Below are positions 28,709-38,695 of a stretch of DNA of 64,000 bases, piece by piece; within the stretch, counting starts at the first letter, position 1, and each line of letters opens with the position of its first letter. The position numbers were made by a program, and so were the translations under genes. Below the pieces are notes generated by a model. It made no database searches. It was given only the letters and a program-made list of their open reading frames with translations, and was not told the DNA's origin. The stretch is from an uncultured Verrucomicrobiae bacterium (GTDB lineage: Bacteria > Verrucomicrobiota > Verrucomicrobiia > Chthoniobacterales > JAFAMB01), in NCBI GenBank assembly GCA_963762565.1, contig CAVXLD010000001.1:640001-704000 (forward strand). Direction: 5' to 3'.

Positions 28709-29398
28709 CTACCGCCGCCGTTCCCCGAAAATAGCGGTACCCACCCGAACCATGGTCGCTCCTTCTTCGATTGCGACCCGGAAATCGTTGCTCATCCCCA
28801 TCGAAAGTTCTGGTAACGGAAAACGGCATTCGCTGGCCAGCTTATCGCGAAGCTCGCGAAGGGCGACGAAGTAACGACGCGAATGCTCGGCGGCCGGGGC
28901 CAGCGGCGGAATCGTCATCAGACCATCAATCTGGACCCGATCAAATTTCACAATCTCTTCGACGGCCTCCAACAATTTGCCAGGGGCAAAACCGAATTTC
29001 GACGCTTCCCCGGCAACATTCACCTGTAGCAAGACCCGAGGAAAAAGTCCGAGGTCTCCGGCGACTCGATCGATATGCGCCAAAAGATCGAGGGAATCCA
29101 CACCATGGATCAACTCGAACAATGTAAGCGCCAGACGAACCTTATTGCTTTGCAGATGGCCGATCAGATGCCAATGCAGTTTGGCCGGTAGAGCCGTAAT
29201 CTTTGCTTGAGCCTCTTGAACGCGGTTCTCGCCAAATATTAATTGGCCGGCATCCACGGCTTCCTGGATTACTTCGACTGGATGCGTCTTGCTAACAGCA
29301 ATCAGACGGACAGATTCGGGCGAACGACCTGCCTGGCGGGCGGAGTCGCTAATCGTCGAAAGCACCTGGGTGAGGTTTTCGCTAGTCGCAGCCTGCAT
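28709..29398 (-). CDS. yggS: PLP homeostasis protein YggS
   Basis: AVSKT, FGENRVQE, WHLIGHLQSNK, LSMGMS, VRVGTAIFG. Confidence 0.96.
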   Translation of the reverse strand: MQAATSENLTQVLSTISDSARQAGRSPESVRLIAVSKTHPVEVIQEAVDAGQLIFGENRVQEAQAKITALPAKLHWHLIGHLQSNKVRLALTLFELIHGVDSLDLLAHIDRVAGDLGLFPRVLLQVNVAGEASKFGFAPGKLLEAVEEIVKFDRVQIDGLMTIPPLAPAAEHSRRYFVALRELRDKLASECRFPLPELSMGMSNDFRVAIEEGATMVRVGTAIFGERRR

Positions 29399-29614
29399 GG
29401 TTCACAAATGCGCCCGCATTTGGGAACCATGCAGGCTATTGGCCGTCAGGCGGGCGCTACGCGCCAGCCTAACGGCCTGATGTAAGAGAAGGTACCCAAG
29501 CATACTATTTACAAACGCAAGTCAAAGAGCAGAATTATTCGGCGTGAGCCGGATAATTCTGCCCTAGCCTGGATCGTTCACAAATCCTTACAGATTTGTG
29601 AACGATCCAGGCTA
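29390..29614. repeat. Four consecutive hairpins; first (29390-29437) and last (29565-29614) are related palindromes at the yggS and lysR starts
   Basis: Arms 22/23 and 22/22; AGCCTGCATGGTTCACAAAT vs AGCCTGGATCGTTCACAAAT. Confidence 0.8.
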
Positions 29615-30499
29615 ATGCAAATCGAAACCTTTAAAATCTTCCGCGATTTAGTGGAAACCGCGAGCTTTTCAAAGGCAGCCGAGCTGAACGCGATAAGCCA
29701 AAGCGCCGTTAGCCAGCAAATCCGGGCATTAGAAAAAAGGTTCAAGACCGCATTGATCCGGCGACGGAAAAAGAACTTTTCCATTACCCCGGAAGGAAAA
29801 GCTCTGCTTCAGGCGAGCCAAGAAATCCTACGGACGTACGAGACCCTGGGCGACCGTTTAGAGGAGCTGAAGAACCACGTTTCTGGCAACCTGATCATTG
29901 CGACCGTGCACAGTATCGGACTGCACGAATTGCCGCGGAGCTTGAAGTTTTTCCGGCGGAGTTATCCCTCCGTCGACGTTGCGGTCGAGTACCTTCGATC
30001 AGCCCAAGTGTACCAGAGCGTGGCTGCGGGAAACAGCGATGTGGGTCTGGTGGCCTATCCCGCCAGGCACCGCGGAGTAACCGTCGAGAGCCATTGGAAA
30101 GATAAGCTGGTTCTCATTTGTCCCCCAAACCACCGCTTGGCTAAACGCCAGAGCATCGAGATCGCTGCTCTTTCCGGCGAACACTTCATTTCATTCGCGT
30201 TCGATCAACCGACGAGAAAAGCCATCGATCGGATTTTCCGGGTTAACAATGTTACGATTCGGCGCTCGATGGAGTTCGACAATATCGAGACGGTTAAGCG
30301 AGCCGTCGAGATCGAGAACGGGATTGCCATTGTTCCGCTGGCCTCGGTCGACGAAGAGACCGAAAACGGTAGTCTGTGCGCGGTTGAGATCGAGTCACTT
30401 GATATGTGGCGTCCCATCGGGCTAGTTCAACGCCGAGGCGAACCAAGCGCAGCAGTCCGGGCTTTTGTCGGGTTGTTGCGGAAGAGGGACGTGTTGTAG
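29615..30499 (+). CDS. LysR family transcriptional regulator
   Basis: SFSKAAELNAISQSAVSQQIRALE helix-turn-helix; 294 aa. Confidence 0.95.
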   Translation: MQIETFKIFRDLVETASFSKAAELNAISQSAVSQQIRALEKRFKTALIRRRKKNFSITPEGKALLQASQEILRTYETLGDRLEELKNHVSGNLIIATVHSIGLHELPRSLKFFRRSYPSVDVAVEYLRSAQVYQSVAAGNSDVGLVAYPARHRGVTVESHWKDKLVLICPPNHRLAKRQSIEIAALSGEHFISFAFDQPTRKAIDRIFRVNNVTIRRSMEFDNIETVKRAVEIENGIAIVPLASVDEETENGSLCAVEIESLDMWRPIGLVQRRGEPSAAVRAFVGLLRKRDVL

Positions 30500-30514
30500 G
30501 AGCGAATGGGTGAT

Positions 30515-30634
30515 GGGAGGGATCGCGTCCCCGCGATCCGTTGTTCGCAGAGTCGAGGGTCTTTGGGGGCGAGGAGTCAAAGGTGCCTGTAGGTCTGGAA
30601 CGTCGTTGCGGCGCGCGAGGACGCGTGCCCTCCC
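30515..30634. repeat. REP-like family 3 (GGGAGGGATCGCGTCC...GGACGCGCGCCCTCCC); copies at 40820-40941, 49911-50303, 50726-50844, 63174-63296
   Basis: Same paired palindromic ends at five sites. Confidence 0.85.
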
Positions 30635-30677
30635 ACGATTCGCCCCTTCGCCGGCGCGCCCATTCGCCGTTTCGCCT

Positions 30678-32312
30678 TCAATTCTCGCTCTCTAGGCTTG
30701 TAAAACCGACGGCGCCGGCGACTGCTAGCAGACTGACTTCATACGCGGTCAGAGATCCGGTCGATTCATCCAAAAAGCCATCCGATAGCTCGCGCCGGGT
30801 CAGCATAATCGGAGAGAGATGACTGCTGATCTCCTGGGCCTCTGGAAGCATCGTCGGATCCAGGTACCGATCGAGATCCGGCACCAGCGCATAGCCAAAC
30901 GCAAGCACTGGGCGAAGCATCGAGTATCCGCGATCAAAAAGCGTCGGTGTGTCCACGTACAAACGGAGACCCGAGATCTCCTGACTTGCGTCATTTTGAC
31001 CGGGGTTTTCAAGAAATGGTAGACCCACTTTCTGATCACGGATGGCCTTTACTGCTCCCGTGAAAGCCGCGGCACTTGTGGTGGCAATCAAATCCTGCCC
31101 CAGCACGCCCAGGACCAATTCCGTGCCCTCCTGGTTTCGAAAAGCGTACACCGAAAGCCCCTCCAAGGTCTGCTCCCGGTAACGATTGGGAAACTCCGCT
31201 TTCAGAATCATTTTCAGGAACTCATTCGCCCGAGCTCCATCTTTGGTTTCCACTAAGAAAGCCCCGCCGATCGCTTCTTCTGGACCGACCCGATTGAGCA
31301 CGAGCTCCACCCCTTTGACCAGATCGTTGAGCTCTGCAAGATCAACACCGGTTCGATTGACTTCCTCGAAATACTGTTTGGCCGTCTCCGCGATGCCAGA
31401 TTCTTTGGAAAGTGCATCCACAGCATCTCGGAGCCGCAGTATGTCCAAGCTCGTCGCTATATACAAAAGCGTTTTCTTGGTCGTTAGGAACAAGCCGGTG
31501 CGATCGAGTTCGTCAGACTGAGGAGTCTGCGAACAGTAGGCAAACACTGTGTCATGGATGTTAGAGCCATCGAGTTTGGCAGTAAAGATCAGGGCAGAAA
31601 TATCCGTTCGGGGAAGAAACGGCTTTAAGCCTTGTTCCATGAACTTCAGCCCATCCCCGGTCGCGAAACCGTAAAAGTCCGCGTCTTCAGATATTCGATT
31701 TCGGCACTTGAGAAAAAGCTCCGAGGTATCAAGTCCACTGTTTACCGCATTGGTTCGACGAAGGGCGTCCTGGAGATAGACTGGCTTTGGACTGAATAAA
31801 AGCCAGGAACCAGTTCTCACTCCATAGAGCATGCCCTTAGCTGGTTGCGTCTGAGTGAATTGATTTTGGTCGGACTCGGCGAGCGCCCTAAATTTGGAAC
31901 CAAATAATGTCGCTAGAGGAGCGGCCAGCTGGTTTTCCCAACTCCTTAGATCGCCGGAACAATGGACGCCGCAAATCCATTCGTCCCGCTGGAGGGTGTA
32001 ACTGGAAAAGAAAGCGGATCTCGGAGAAAGTTTCACCAGGCCCTGAGCGACCGCCTTGCAAGGGGCTGGCACGTTGTTGGCAGAATAGTTGATAAATCGT
32101 TTTACCGACGGTTCATCCAGGAGTTTAGCCAGGTTCGCTTCCGAGAACCGTTTCTGCGTCAGTGCAAAATTGCGGCATTCCACAAAAACAATACTGTTGG
32201 CCGGTGCAAGACGAGTGGCGAGGACTTCGCTGCGGTCCCTCCGGGAGAATGCAAACCAAATAACGCCCCCGACAAAAAGCACGAACACCACAGACAAAAG
32301 GATTCGTTTCAT
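30678..32312 (-). CDS. Hypothetical membrane-anchored protein (DUF3352-like architecture)
   Basis: Long ORF with N-terminal TM; family assignment tentative. Confidence 0.7.
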   Translation of the reverse strand: MKRILLSVVFVLFVGGVIWFAFSRRDRSEVLATRLAPANSIVFVECRNFALTQKRFSEANLAKLLDEPSVKRFINYSANNVPAPCKAVAQGLVKLSPRSAFFSSYTLQRDEWICGVHCSGDLRSWENQLAAPLATLFGSKFRALAESDQNQFTQTQPAKGMLYGVRTGSWLLFSPKPVYLQDALRRTNAVNSGLDTSELFLKCRNRISEDADFYGFATGDGLKFMEQGLKPFLPRTDISALIFTAKLDGSNIHDTVFAYCSQTPQSDELDRTGLFLTTKKTLLYIATSLDILRLRDAVDALSKESGIAETAKQYFEEVNRTGVDLAELNDLVKGVELVLNRVGPEEAIGGAFLVETKDGARANEFLKMILKAEFPNRYREQTLEGLSVYAFRNQEGTELVLGVLGQDLIATTSAAAFTGAVKAIRDQKVGLPFLENPGQNDASQEISGLRLYVDTPTLFDRGYSMLRPVLAFGYALVPDLDRYLDPTMLPEAQEISSHLSPIMLTRRELSDGFLDESTGSLTAYEVSLLAVAGAVGFTSLESEN

Positions 32313-32473
32313 CCAGGGCTCTAGCAAAGACCGGCTTGGTCGAACTGTCGAGCAAAGCTCGCCTTAGGCTCGCTTTGCATTGTCAATAGCCGATAGCCGA
32401 TAGCCAATATGAGTAATGTCAGGCGAACCTTCATTGGCTATCGGCTATTGGCTATTGGGTATTCGAAGCGAGC

Positions 32474-34537
32474 CTAAGGCGAGCTACGATAGGTGCGCAA
32501 AGCTTCGGGCCAGAAGGGATTCATTCTCTCGGCGGGGGTTCTCCAAATCAAGGTGTGCAGCTTAGCCAAAGCGGGTCCATCGCTTAACAAAGCGCGTTTC
32601 TCTTCGGCCGTTAGGGCCTGCGGCCCCTCTCGGAACAGCTTATCTGCTAAACCTGCGGCGTGTTCACTTACCTCCGCCGTACGTCCTACCCGCCTCCTCT
32701 GCAGCGCAACGTGAATAGCGTTGTAGAACGGATCAAGGATGGCGTGAACAAATTGATCACCCGCACGTAATTGGAGCGGCTCAGATTTCGAAAGCTCTCT
32801 TGGGGGATCAATCTCTTCCGGTGTCAGGAACAGATTGCGTAAGACGGCGGATCGGCCGCTAAGCTGAGCAATCGGGACCGCGAGCCATAACCCCAACAGC
32901 AGCGGGGTTATCCAAAGTAAATACAGAGGCGAGATCAGCCAAGCCAGTAACCCGAAGAGAACACCGGCGACGGGTACCGGCCAGTACTCGCCCAATGTTT
33001 GTACCCATCCAGGGCCAGTTCCACTTGCCCGAGTCTGCGTATTCCAAACCACTTTTTGGCCCGCTACATTCCTGAGCACAAATCGAGTATGGAACCAGAC
33101 AAGTAAGGGTGCAGTCAGGATTGAAAACAGAGTTTCCATGAATACGCCGGCCAACGCTCGCTTGGCTCCGCCAAAACGCCGAAGCAAATCCGGTTGAGAA
33201 AACAGATGGAGCAGGCTCAGGAATTTCGGCCCGAATAGTAAGAGCAAGGTCAGTAGCGCCAGAACAATCGCTGAAGCAAGAGGGATCGAAGAAACATGTC
33301 CGCGGAAATGGTCAAGCGCGGCCTGGATGCCTCCTAAACAGATGAAAAGAACCAATATAGGCGCAGATGAGTAAGCCAGGATGCCTTGTATCAAGTGCAA
33401 CCGGCTAATGGGCTGCACCCGCTCAGCCAACAGAAACCACACGTGTTGGAGATTGCCTTGGGCCCAGCGACGGTCGCGTTTGATGTACTCAGTCAGATTC
33501 GGCGGCAACCCTTCGTAGCTGCCCTCTAGATCGTACGCAAACCACACCTCCCATCCCGCATCCCTCATCAACGCGGCTTCCACGAAATCATGGCTTAAGA
33601 TCCTCCCACCCAGCGGCTCACGTCCTGGGAGAACAGGTAAGCTGCAGCTAGCCAAAAATGGTGACAGCCGGATAATCGCGTTGTGCCCCCAATAATTGCC
33701 AGACCCCTGCTGCCAGTAATTGAGACCTGCAGCAAACAGCGGGCTGTACAGCCGAGAAGCAAATTGTTGGATCCGGCCAAACAGTGTTTCCGATCCGACC
33801 AGCTTTGGCATCGTCTGCATAATGCCCGCTCGCGGATTGACCTCCATCAGCCGCACCATCGAGGCGACAGACTCGCCGGTCATGATGCTATCCGCATCCA
33901 GGACGACCATGTACCGATGGCGATGCCCCCATCGCCGGCAAAAATCAGCAATGTTTCCACTCTTGCGATTCACCGGCACTTTCCTGCGGCGATAATGAAT
34001 TCTGCCGAAACCGTTTGTTTGCCGGCACAAATCGGCCCAGGCCAGCTCTTCCTCAACCAACCTTTCCGGGAGTGTGGAGTCACTCAGGATGTAAAACTCG
34101 AAGGTCTCCAACTCGCCCCGGTTTTGGAGGGAGCGGTAGAGGGTGCGGATGTTTCCGAAAACGGTGGGGACATCTTCGTTAAAAACTGGCATTACCACCG
34201 CAGTCGACGCCAGCGGTGTGCTCTCGTCCAGAGTGTTGGTTATCTTGAGGGGTTCATGCCCTTCGGCCAGGACCAAAAAGCCGACGAAGGCCTGGGTGAA
34301 CCCAAAAGAAAGGGTCGTAAAAAGTACGCTGAAAACGGCCAATTCGAGGACTTTGATCGGGCTCCAGCCGGTGCTGCCTAGAATATCAGAAAAAAGCCAA
34401 AACCCAATGGCGGCCACTCCCAGGGTCACAAGAGTAACACCCCAGCGTCGCTGGCGAACCTTTCGCCTAAAAACTTCGCCCAGCCGAGTTGACCCGACTA
34501 GCTCAACAAGCCTAACAGATCGACCTGGACCGCTCAT
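32474..34537 (-). CDS. opgH: Glucans biosynthesis glucosyltransferase H
   Basis: RKSGNIADF, VLDADS, NYWGHNAIIR, LSHDFVEA, RDRRWAQGNLQH. Confidence 0.96.
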   Translation of the reverse strand: MSGPGRSVRLVELVGSTRLGEVFRRKVRQRRWGVTLVTLGVAAIGFWLFSDILGSTGWSPIKVLELAVFSVLFTTLSFGFTQAFVGFLVLAEGHEPLKITNTLDESTPLASTAVVMPVFNEDVPTVFGNIRTLYRSLQNRGELETFEFYILSDSTLPERLVEEELAWADLCRQTNGFGRIHYRRRKVPVNRKSGNIADFCRRWGHRHRYMVVLDADSIMTGESVASMVRLMEVNPRAGIMQTMPKLVGSETLFGRIQQFASRLYSPLFAAGLNYWQQGSGNYWGHNAIIRLSPFLASCSLPVLPGREPLGGRILSHDFVEAALMRDAGWEVWFAYDLEGSYEGLPPNLTEYIKRDRRWAQGNLQHVWFLLAERVQPISRLHLIQGILAYSSAPILVLFICLGGIQAALDHFRGHVSSIPLASAIVLALLTLLLLFGPKFLSLLHLFSQPDLLRRFGGAKRALAGVFMETLFSILTAPLLVWFHTRFVLRNVAGQKVVWNTQTRASGTGPGWVQTLGEYWPVPVAGVLFGLLAWLISPLYLLWITPLLLGLWLAVPIAQLSGRSAVLRNLFLTPEEIDPPRELSKSEPLQLRAGDQFVHAILDPFYNAIHVALQRRRVGRTAEVSEHAAGLADKLFREGPQALTAEEKRALLSDGPALAKLHTLIWRTPAERMNPFWPEALRTYRSSP

Positions 34538-34601
34538 ATGCGCGCACCGCTCACAGTTTCGAGACCCTAGTTTATTCCTGAACCCTCTATTCGTTTTGGT
34601 T

Positions 34602-35177
34602 CTACAGACTCATGTAGATCAGAAGAGCAACCAAGCAGAGTCCGACGAACCATGCAAGAATTCGATTCGAACCAAAAAGAGAAAACTTTCCAGCTAGAGT
34701 CGCCAACCTTTCGCCTGCCGTATTCAAAACGAACGGACGCGGGGTGATAGCCGCCTGTTGGAGACGCGGGAACGCTTCCAGTCGTACCTCCCGCAGGGCA
34801 CCCAAAACGTCGTCGGACAGCCGGTTTCGAGGAGAAAGCACGCTGTTTTGAGTTGGCTGCATCAAATAAAGGCGCACCCGTTCTTCAACGGATCTGCGCT
34901 CAGCCGAGACTTTATTGGAAATAAGGTCACCGAGCGTCGCATCCAGAGCCTTCTGCGCTTCGTCGAAGGCTAACTCCGTTGCCGAAGTAGAAGGCTCCTT
35001 TCGTTTTCGAGCGATCGCCCGCTCGAAACTAGTTAAAAGCAATAACTCTCGCTCCAGGTCGGCGGGAACCCGAAGCGCGTCTAAATAGTCATTGGTCCGC
35101 TCCCAAGCTTGTTTCCACTCCGGCGAGGAGTTGATGCTTGCCCGCAAAAGACCTAAGTATTCAGGAGATATTGCCAT
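34602..35177 (-). CDS. Hypothetical protein with C-terminal TM, between opgG and opgH
   Basis: Overlaps the opgG stop; operonic position. Confidence 0.7.
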   Translation of the reverse strand: MAISPEYLGLLRASINSSPEWKQAWERTNDYLDALRVPADLERELLLLTSFERAIARKRKEPSTSATELAFDEAQKALDATLGDLISNKVSAERRSVEERVRLYLMQPTQNSVLSPRNRLSDDVLGALREVRLEAFPRLQQAAITPRPFVLNTAGERLATLAGKFSLFGSNRILAWFVGLCLVALLIYMSL

Positions 35178-36697
35178 TTCTCAGAACAGAAGATATCGCG
35201 TCGCAAAATTACACAACTAATATCCATCGACGTCGGGGTGGTGTTTGGGTTGAAGATGGTAAAACTAACTAACCAGCCCCGGTCCGTGGGGGTAAATTGG
35301 ACATCTCTGACCTGACCGTTTTGATTCACAACAACATGGGGGCGTAACTCGGCCACCGGTATGGTTTCTTGTTTTTCCGGCTTACCAAATTCGACGGTGA
35401 AGCGGGTCTCATTCGATTGCGGGTTGGGCCGAACGGTGGTCGATAAAACGCGAAACTGATCGAGATCGGGCTCCAGGGTGCTCCAGAGGAGCCGGTACGC
35501 GAATTCCAGCCGTTCGCCTGGCTCAGGCAGATTCTGCACCTCCCAGGCGGCCACGATATTGTTGGTGTACTCATCGTTTGACGGCAACTCCAACAGGCGC
35601 ACGTAACCGGAATCAAAGCCACTTTGGGGGATTACTTGAAGACTCGGCCTTCGTTGGTACTCCGACTCTCGGTCGAGATAGTGCGTACTGTCCCGGTCGC
35701 GTTGTAACAACGCATAAGAAGTCACGTCAGAGAACCTGCGAAGTTCAACCGATTTTGGGTTATCTAGCGGCGCCCAAAGTTTCTCTCCCGAGGTGGTGCT
35801 CATGAGCAGCCCATCAGAATCGTGAACTTGCGGCCTAAACTCGCGACGCATGAACTGAGTGCTGTTCATCGATAACTCGGTTCTAGCTTTCCCCTGATAG
35901 TCGGGCCGCAGGGTGGGTTTATTCACTGTATTTTGCCCAAAATAGAACATGCTGGTTATCGGCGCCAGGGCCAGCACCTCCGGTTTCTTTCGTATGAAAA
36001 GGGTCGCGCGGATGTCCATCGTCGTGACGTCTCCGTAGCGCACGGTAAACTCGTAACCGCCGGTCACGCTTGGACCATCGAGTAAGGCGTAGAACTGCAG
36101 GCTGCTATCGCTTGGTTGAGGCTGGCGCACCCAAAACTCTCTAAAGTCAGGGAACTCCTCCGGAGTAGATGTCCCGGGATTCACTGCAATACCACGGGCC
36201 GATAAACCCCAATGCATTCCCCGACCAATCGCCCGGAAATAACTCGCGCCTAAAAACGACAGAAACTCATCCTGTAGACCGGTTTTGCTCGATGGTGCGA
36301 AGACCTTGAAACCGGCAAAATCTTCGTGTCCGCTGAAAATTAGGGGTCGATCGTAGTAGAAGTAAGCCGGAGAAAATGGAATATCGCGAAGCCTGTCCGG
36401 TTCGATCGCATGTATTACGACTCGCCGTTTCAAATAGGAACCGGGATGAACAAAGCCGAGGCGGTAGGGTAACCCTGGCCAAACCGTATGCTCGGTCAGA
36501 AATCGGATATGAAAAAACAGATCGTAATCCAGCTTCTGCAGGTCTTCAGATAGTTCCTGTACCTGGGGCGTAAATGGTTGTTTAGAGAGCTCCTCGGCTC
36601 GGTTTGCGACGTCTTGGTAGTTGAAGATTGGCGATTCATCAGCAAAGCCGGAGCCGGCCAGCGCAAGGGAAAGGCTCAAGATCGTCAAAATCTTCAT
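35153..36697 (-). CDS. opgG: Glucan biosynthesis protein G/D
   Basis: FLGASYFRA, GLSARG, EEFPDFREFW, RPQVHDSDGL, NNIVAAW. Confidence 0.92.
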   Translation of the reverse strand: MKILTILSLSLALAGSGFADESPIFNYQDVANRAEELSKQPFTPQVQELSEDLQKLDYDLFFHIRFLTEHTVWPGLPYRLGFVHPGSYLKRRVVIHAIEPDRLRDIPFSPAYFYYDRPLIFSGHEDFAGFKVFAPSSKTGLQDEFLSFLGASYFRAIGRGMHWGLSARGIAVNPGTSTPEEFPDFREFWVRQPQPSDSSLQFYALLDGPSVTGGYEFTVRYGDVTTMDIRATLFIRKKPEVLALAPITSMFYFGQNTVNKPTLRPDYQGKARTELSMNSTQFMRREFRPQVHDSDGLLMSTTSGEKLWAPLDNPKSVELRRFSDVTSYALLQRDRDSTHYLDRESEYQRRPSLQVIPQSGFDSGYVRLLELPSNDEYTNNIVAAWEVQNLPEPGERLEFAYRLLWSTLEPDLDQFRVLSTTVRPNPQSNETRFTVEFGKPEKQETIPVAELRPHVVVNQNGQVRDVQFTPTDRGWLVSFTIFNPNTTPTSMDISCVILRRDIFCSEKWQYLLNT

Positions 36698-36761
36698 CGC
36701 GCCTGGACGATGGCAGCGGTTGCCGCAGGTCGTCAAATAGAGAAGCGACTCACAAGGCGCT

Positions 36762-36909
36762 TCGTTCTCGTCCTCGTCGTCGTCCTCGTCCTCGAAGGGT
36801 TGGTGCCGCCCAGGACAAGCTTTCTCGCTGGCGTAAGTTCGCGGTCATTAACAAACGCTGGGCAAAGATAATATCGAGGACGAGGACGACGACGAGAACG
36901 AGAACGATT
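36762..36909. repeat. Inverted hexamer arrays (CTCGTC)n ... (GACGAG)n; also 38705/38962 and 46684
   Basis: Periodicity read directly. Confidence 0.8.
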
Positions 36910-36928
36910 CCGAAGCCTGTCGGCTGCC

Positions 36929-37540
36929 CTAGCTCCAGCGCCGAACTAGGCCCACCATGACGCCTTGAATGACGAGTTCGTGAGCTGGGATTAAGTCGGG
37001 GTAAAGAGGGTTCTCAGCCTTCAGATAAGGGCGACCCTTCTTAACGGTATAACGTTTTAAAGAAACCTCCCCGTCGATCAAGGCCGCAACGATATCGTGG
37101 TCTCGTGCCGTCCTTTTCACCAGGATAACCGTGTCGCCGTCGGCAATTTGTGCTCCTACCATTGAATCCCCGGTAACTTGCAAAGCGAACACGTCGGATG
37201 ATCCGTCGATGCCAAAGAACCGGGAATCGACGCCGAGATCGTTGCCTTGCTGTTGTTCTCCCTCAATCGGCATACCGGCTGGAATCGTTCCAAGGAGAGG
37301 AATCGACCTAAAATCCGCGCCCAGCTTGGCCGCGGGATCGGTTAACGCTCGAGCTTTGCCTGGGGTTCGCTGGATTGCACCCTTGCGTTCCAACGCTCGC
37401 AGATGGTTCATCGCTGCTGTCTGACTGCGAAAGCCGAATTGAGCCTGTATCTCGCGGCTGGTGGGCGGGAACCCGGATTTGCGTTGATGTTTGCGAATAA
37501 AATCGAGGACCTTTTGCTGCCGGCCGGTCAAGGGTTCCAT
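36929..37540 (-). CDS. lexA: SOS repressor LexA
   Basis: LTGRQQKVLDFI, PPTSREI, PAG cleavage site, GDSM (Ser), SLKR (Lys). Confidence 0.96.
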   Translation of the reverse strand: MEPLTGRQQKVLDFIRKHQRKSGFPPTSREIQAQFGFRSQTAAMNHLRALERKGAIQRTPGKARALTDPAAKLGADFRSIPLLGTIPAGMPIEGEQQQGNDLGVDSRFFGIDGSSDVFALQVTGDSMVGAQIADGDTVILVKRTARDHDIVAALIDGEVSLKRYTVKKGRPYLKAENPLYPDLIPAHELVIQGVMVGLVRRWS

Positions 37541-37542
37541 AC

Positions 37543-37556
37543 TGTTCAAGGGAACA
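37543..37556. promoter_or_regulatory. LexA box, Verrucomicrobia type
   Basis: TGTTC-AAGG-GAACA perfect palindrome 2 nt upstream of the lexA ATG. Confidence 0.88.
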
Positions 37557-37592
37557 TAGTACATGCAGGGAGGCGTTTGGGCAAGCGGCCTG

Positions 37593-37816
37593 GTAGGGCG
37601 AAAACCTCGGCGCGTCGCTGATAGTTTAGCATCCTGGCTAAATCGCGCCGGGTTTGAGCCGCGCCGTGGATTCGCCACGTATCAAAATTTTTCGCGGTCC
37701 AGACTTTCGTGGCCAGGCGCGCCGTGGGTGAAACATCCGCAGGGTGCGGCTCAAATCCGGCGCGGGTTCACGGACGGACATGGCAAGATTTGGGCGCGCC
37801 GAGATTTTGGCCCTAC
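37593..37816. repeat. GTAG-type REP doublet element; second copy 59117-59347
   Basis: GTAGGGCGAAAA(C/A)CTCGGCGCG...CGCGCCGAG..TT..GCCCTAC with shared inner inverted repeat TTTGAGCCGC/GCGGCTCAAA. Confidence 0.85.
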
Positions 37817-37906
37817 CGGCGCTGGGTTATCGGCACGCGTGTATCGCTAACCAACCTTTGCTCAGCCCTTCCGAATGTGGTAATGAGCATGCCTGATTTC
37901 GGGATT

Positions 37907-38695
37907 ATGCGGTTGTCATTTTCACTAGCTGTCGGTTGCGCGATCGCCACAAGCGTCTTGTCATTCTCGAGGCCGCTTGATGCTCAAAGCATTGGGATGT
38001 TCCGAAATGACCCGAATGAAGTCATCCTGAAAGTGATCCGATCTATGCCGCAAGGAGGCGGTTACTCGGCCTCGAACGGAGCGATTGCGCGATTGAGCGA
38101 GGCCGCCCGGATCGAGAGAGGCACACTGGTTCTTGATCCGGCTATCGCAAAACCGAGCTTTTGTTCTGAAGCTACCTACTTGGTCTTTTTGACGGCTTTG
38201 GCGGACCTGAACAACCAGGCGCCGATAACAGGTCCGCTGGCCGAGAGCCTGGCTGTTAAAGGGCAACCGGACGGAGTCGGTATCTGGGGCCGATGGAACG
38301 CGAACGGGCCCGGTACAGCCTGTCTTTTCCACGAGCTTCAGCTTGGCGATAATTTCACAGACTGGAACTCCGCTCACCCAGGGGATTTTATGAAGATCTT
38401 CTGGAACACAAATGTTGGCCGGCGGGAACACGGTCACTCTGCCATCTATCTAGGGACAACGACACAGAACGGCGTTGAATGGGTCAGTTTTTGGTCGAGT
38501 AATATTCCGAACGGGTTCGGAGAAAAGCAGGTGCTGAAAACAAAAATTGCTTCCGTTATTTTCTCGCGTTTGAGGTATCCCGAGCGGCTCCAGAGAAACT
38601 TTGCCACTCTCCCAAGAAGGAATAGCTATCTGGCTGGTCTCCTGAGCAGGGAGTCGTCCTTAGCAGAAGCGAGGGCGAATTCAGGGGTCGAGTAA
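37907..38695 (+). CDS. Exported protein, possible NlpC/P60 (papain-like) fold
   Basis: Signal peptide; FCSEATY, PGDFMKIFW, GHSAIYLG. Confidence 0.65.
   Translation: MRLSFSLAVGCAIATSVLSFSRPLDAQSIGMFRNDPNEVILKVIRSMPQGGGYSASNGAIARLSEAARIERGTLVLDPAIAKPSFCSEATYLVFLTALADLNNQAPITGPLAESLAVKGQPDGVGIWGRWNANGPGTACLFHELQLGDNFTDWNSAHPGDFMKIFWNTNVGRREHGHSAIYLGTTTQNGVEWVSFWSSNIPNGFGEKQVLKTKIASVIFSRLRYPERLQRNFATLPRRNSYLAGLLSRESSLAEARANSGVE

Noticed and set aside
28319..28874. ORFs such as 28319-28816, 23065-23574, 46498-46746 and 49962-50327
   Set aside because: Translations of repeat DNA (PITNHQS, RTRTRT patterns) with no protein motifs
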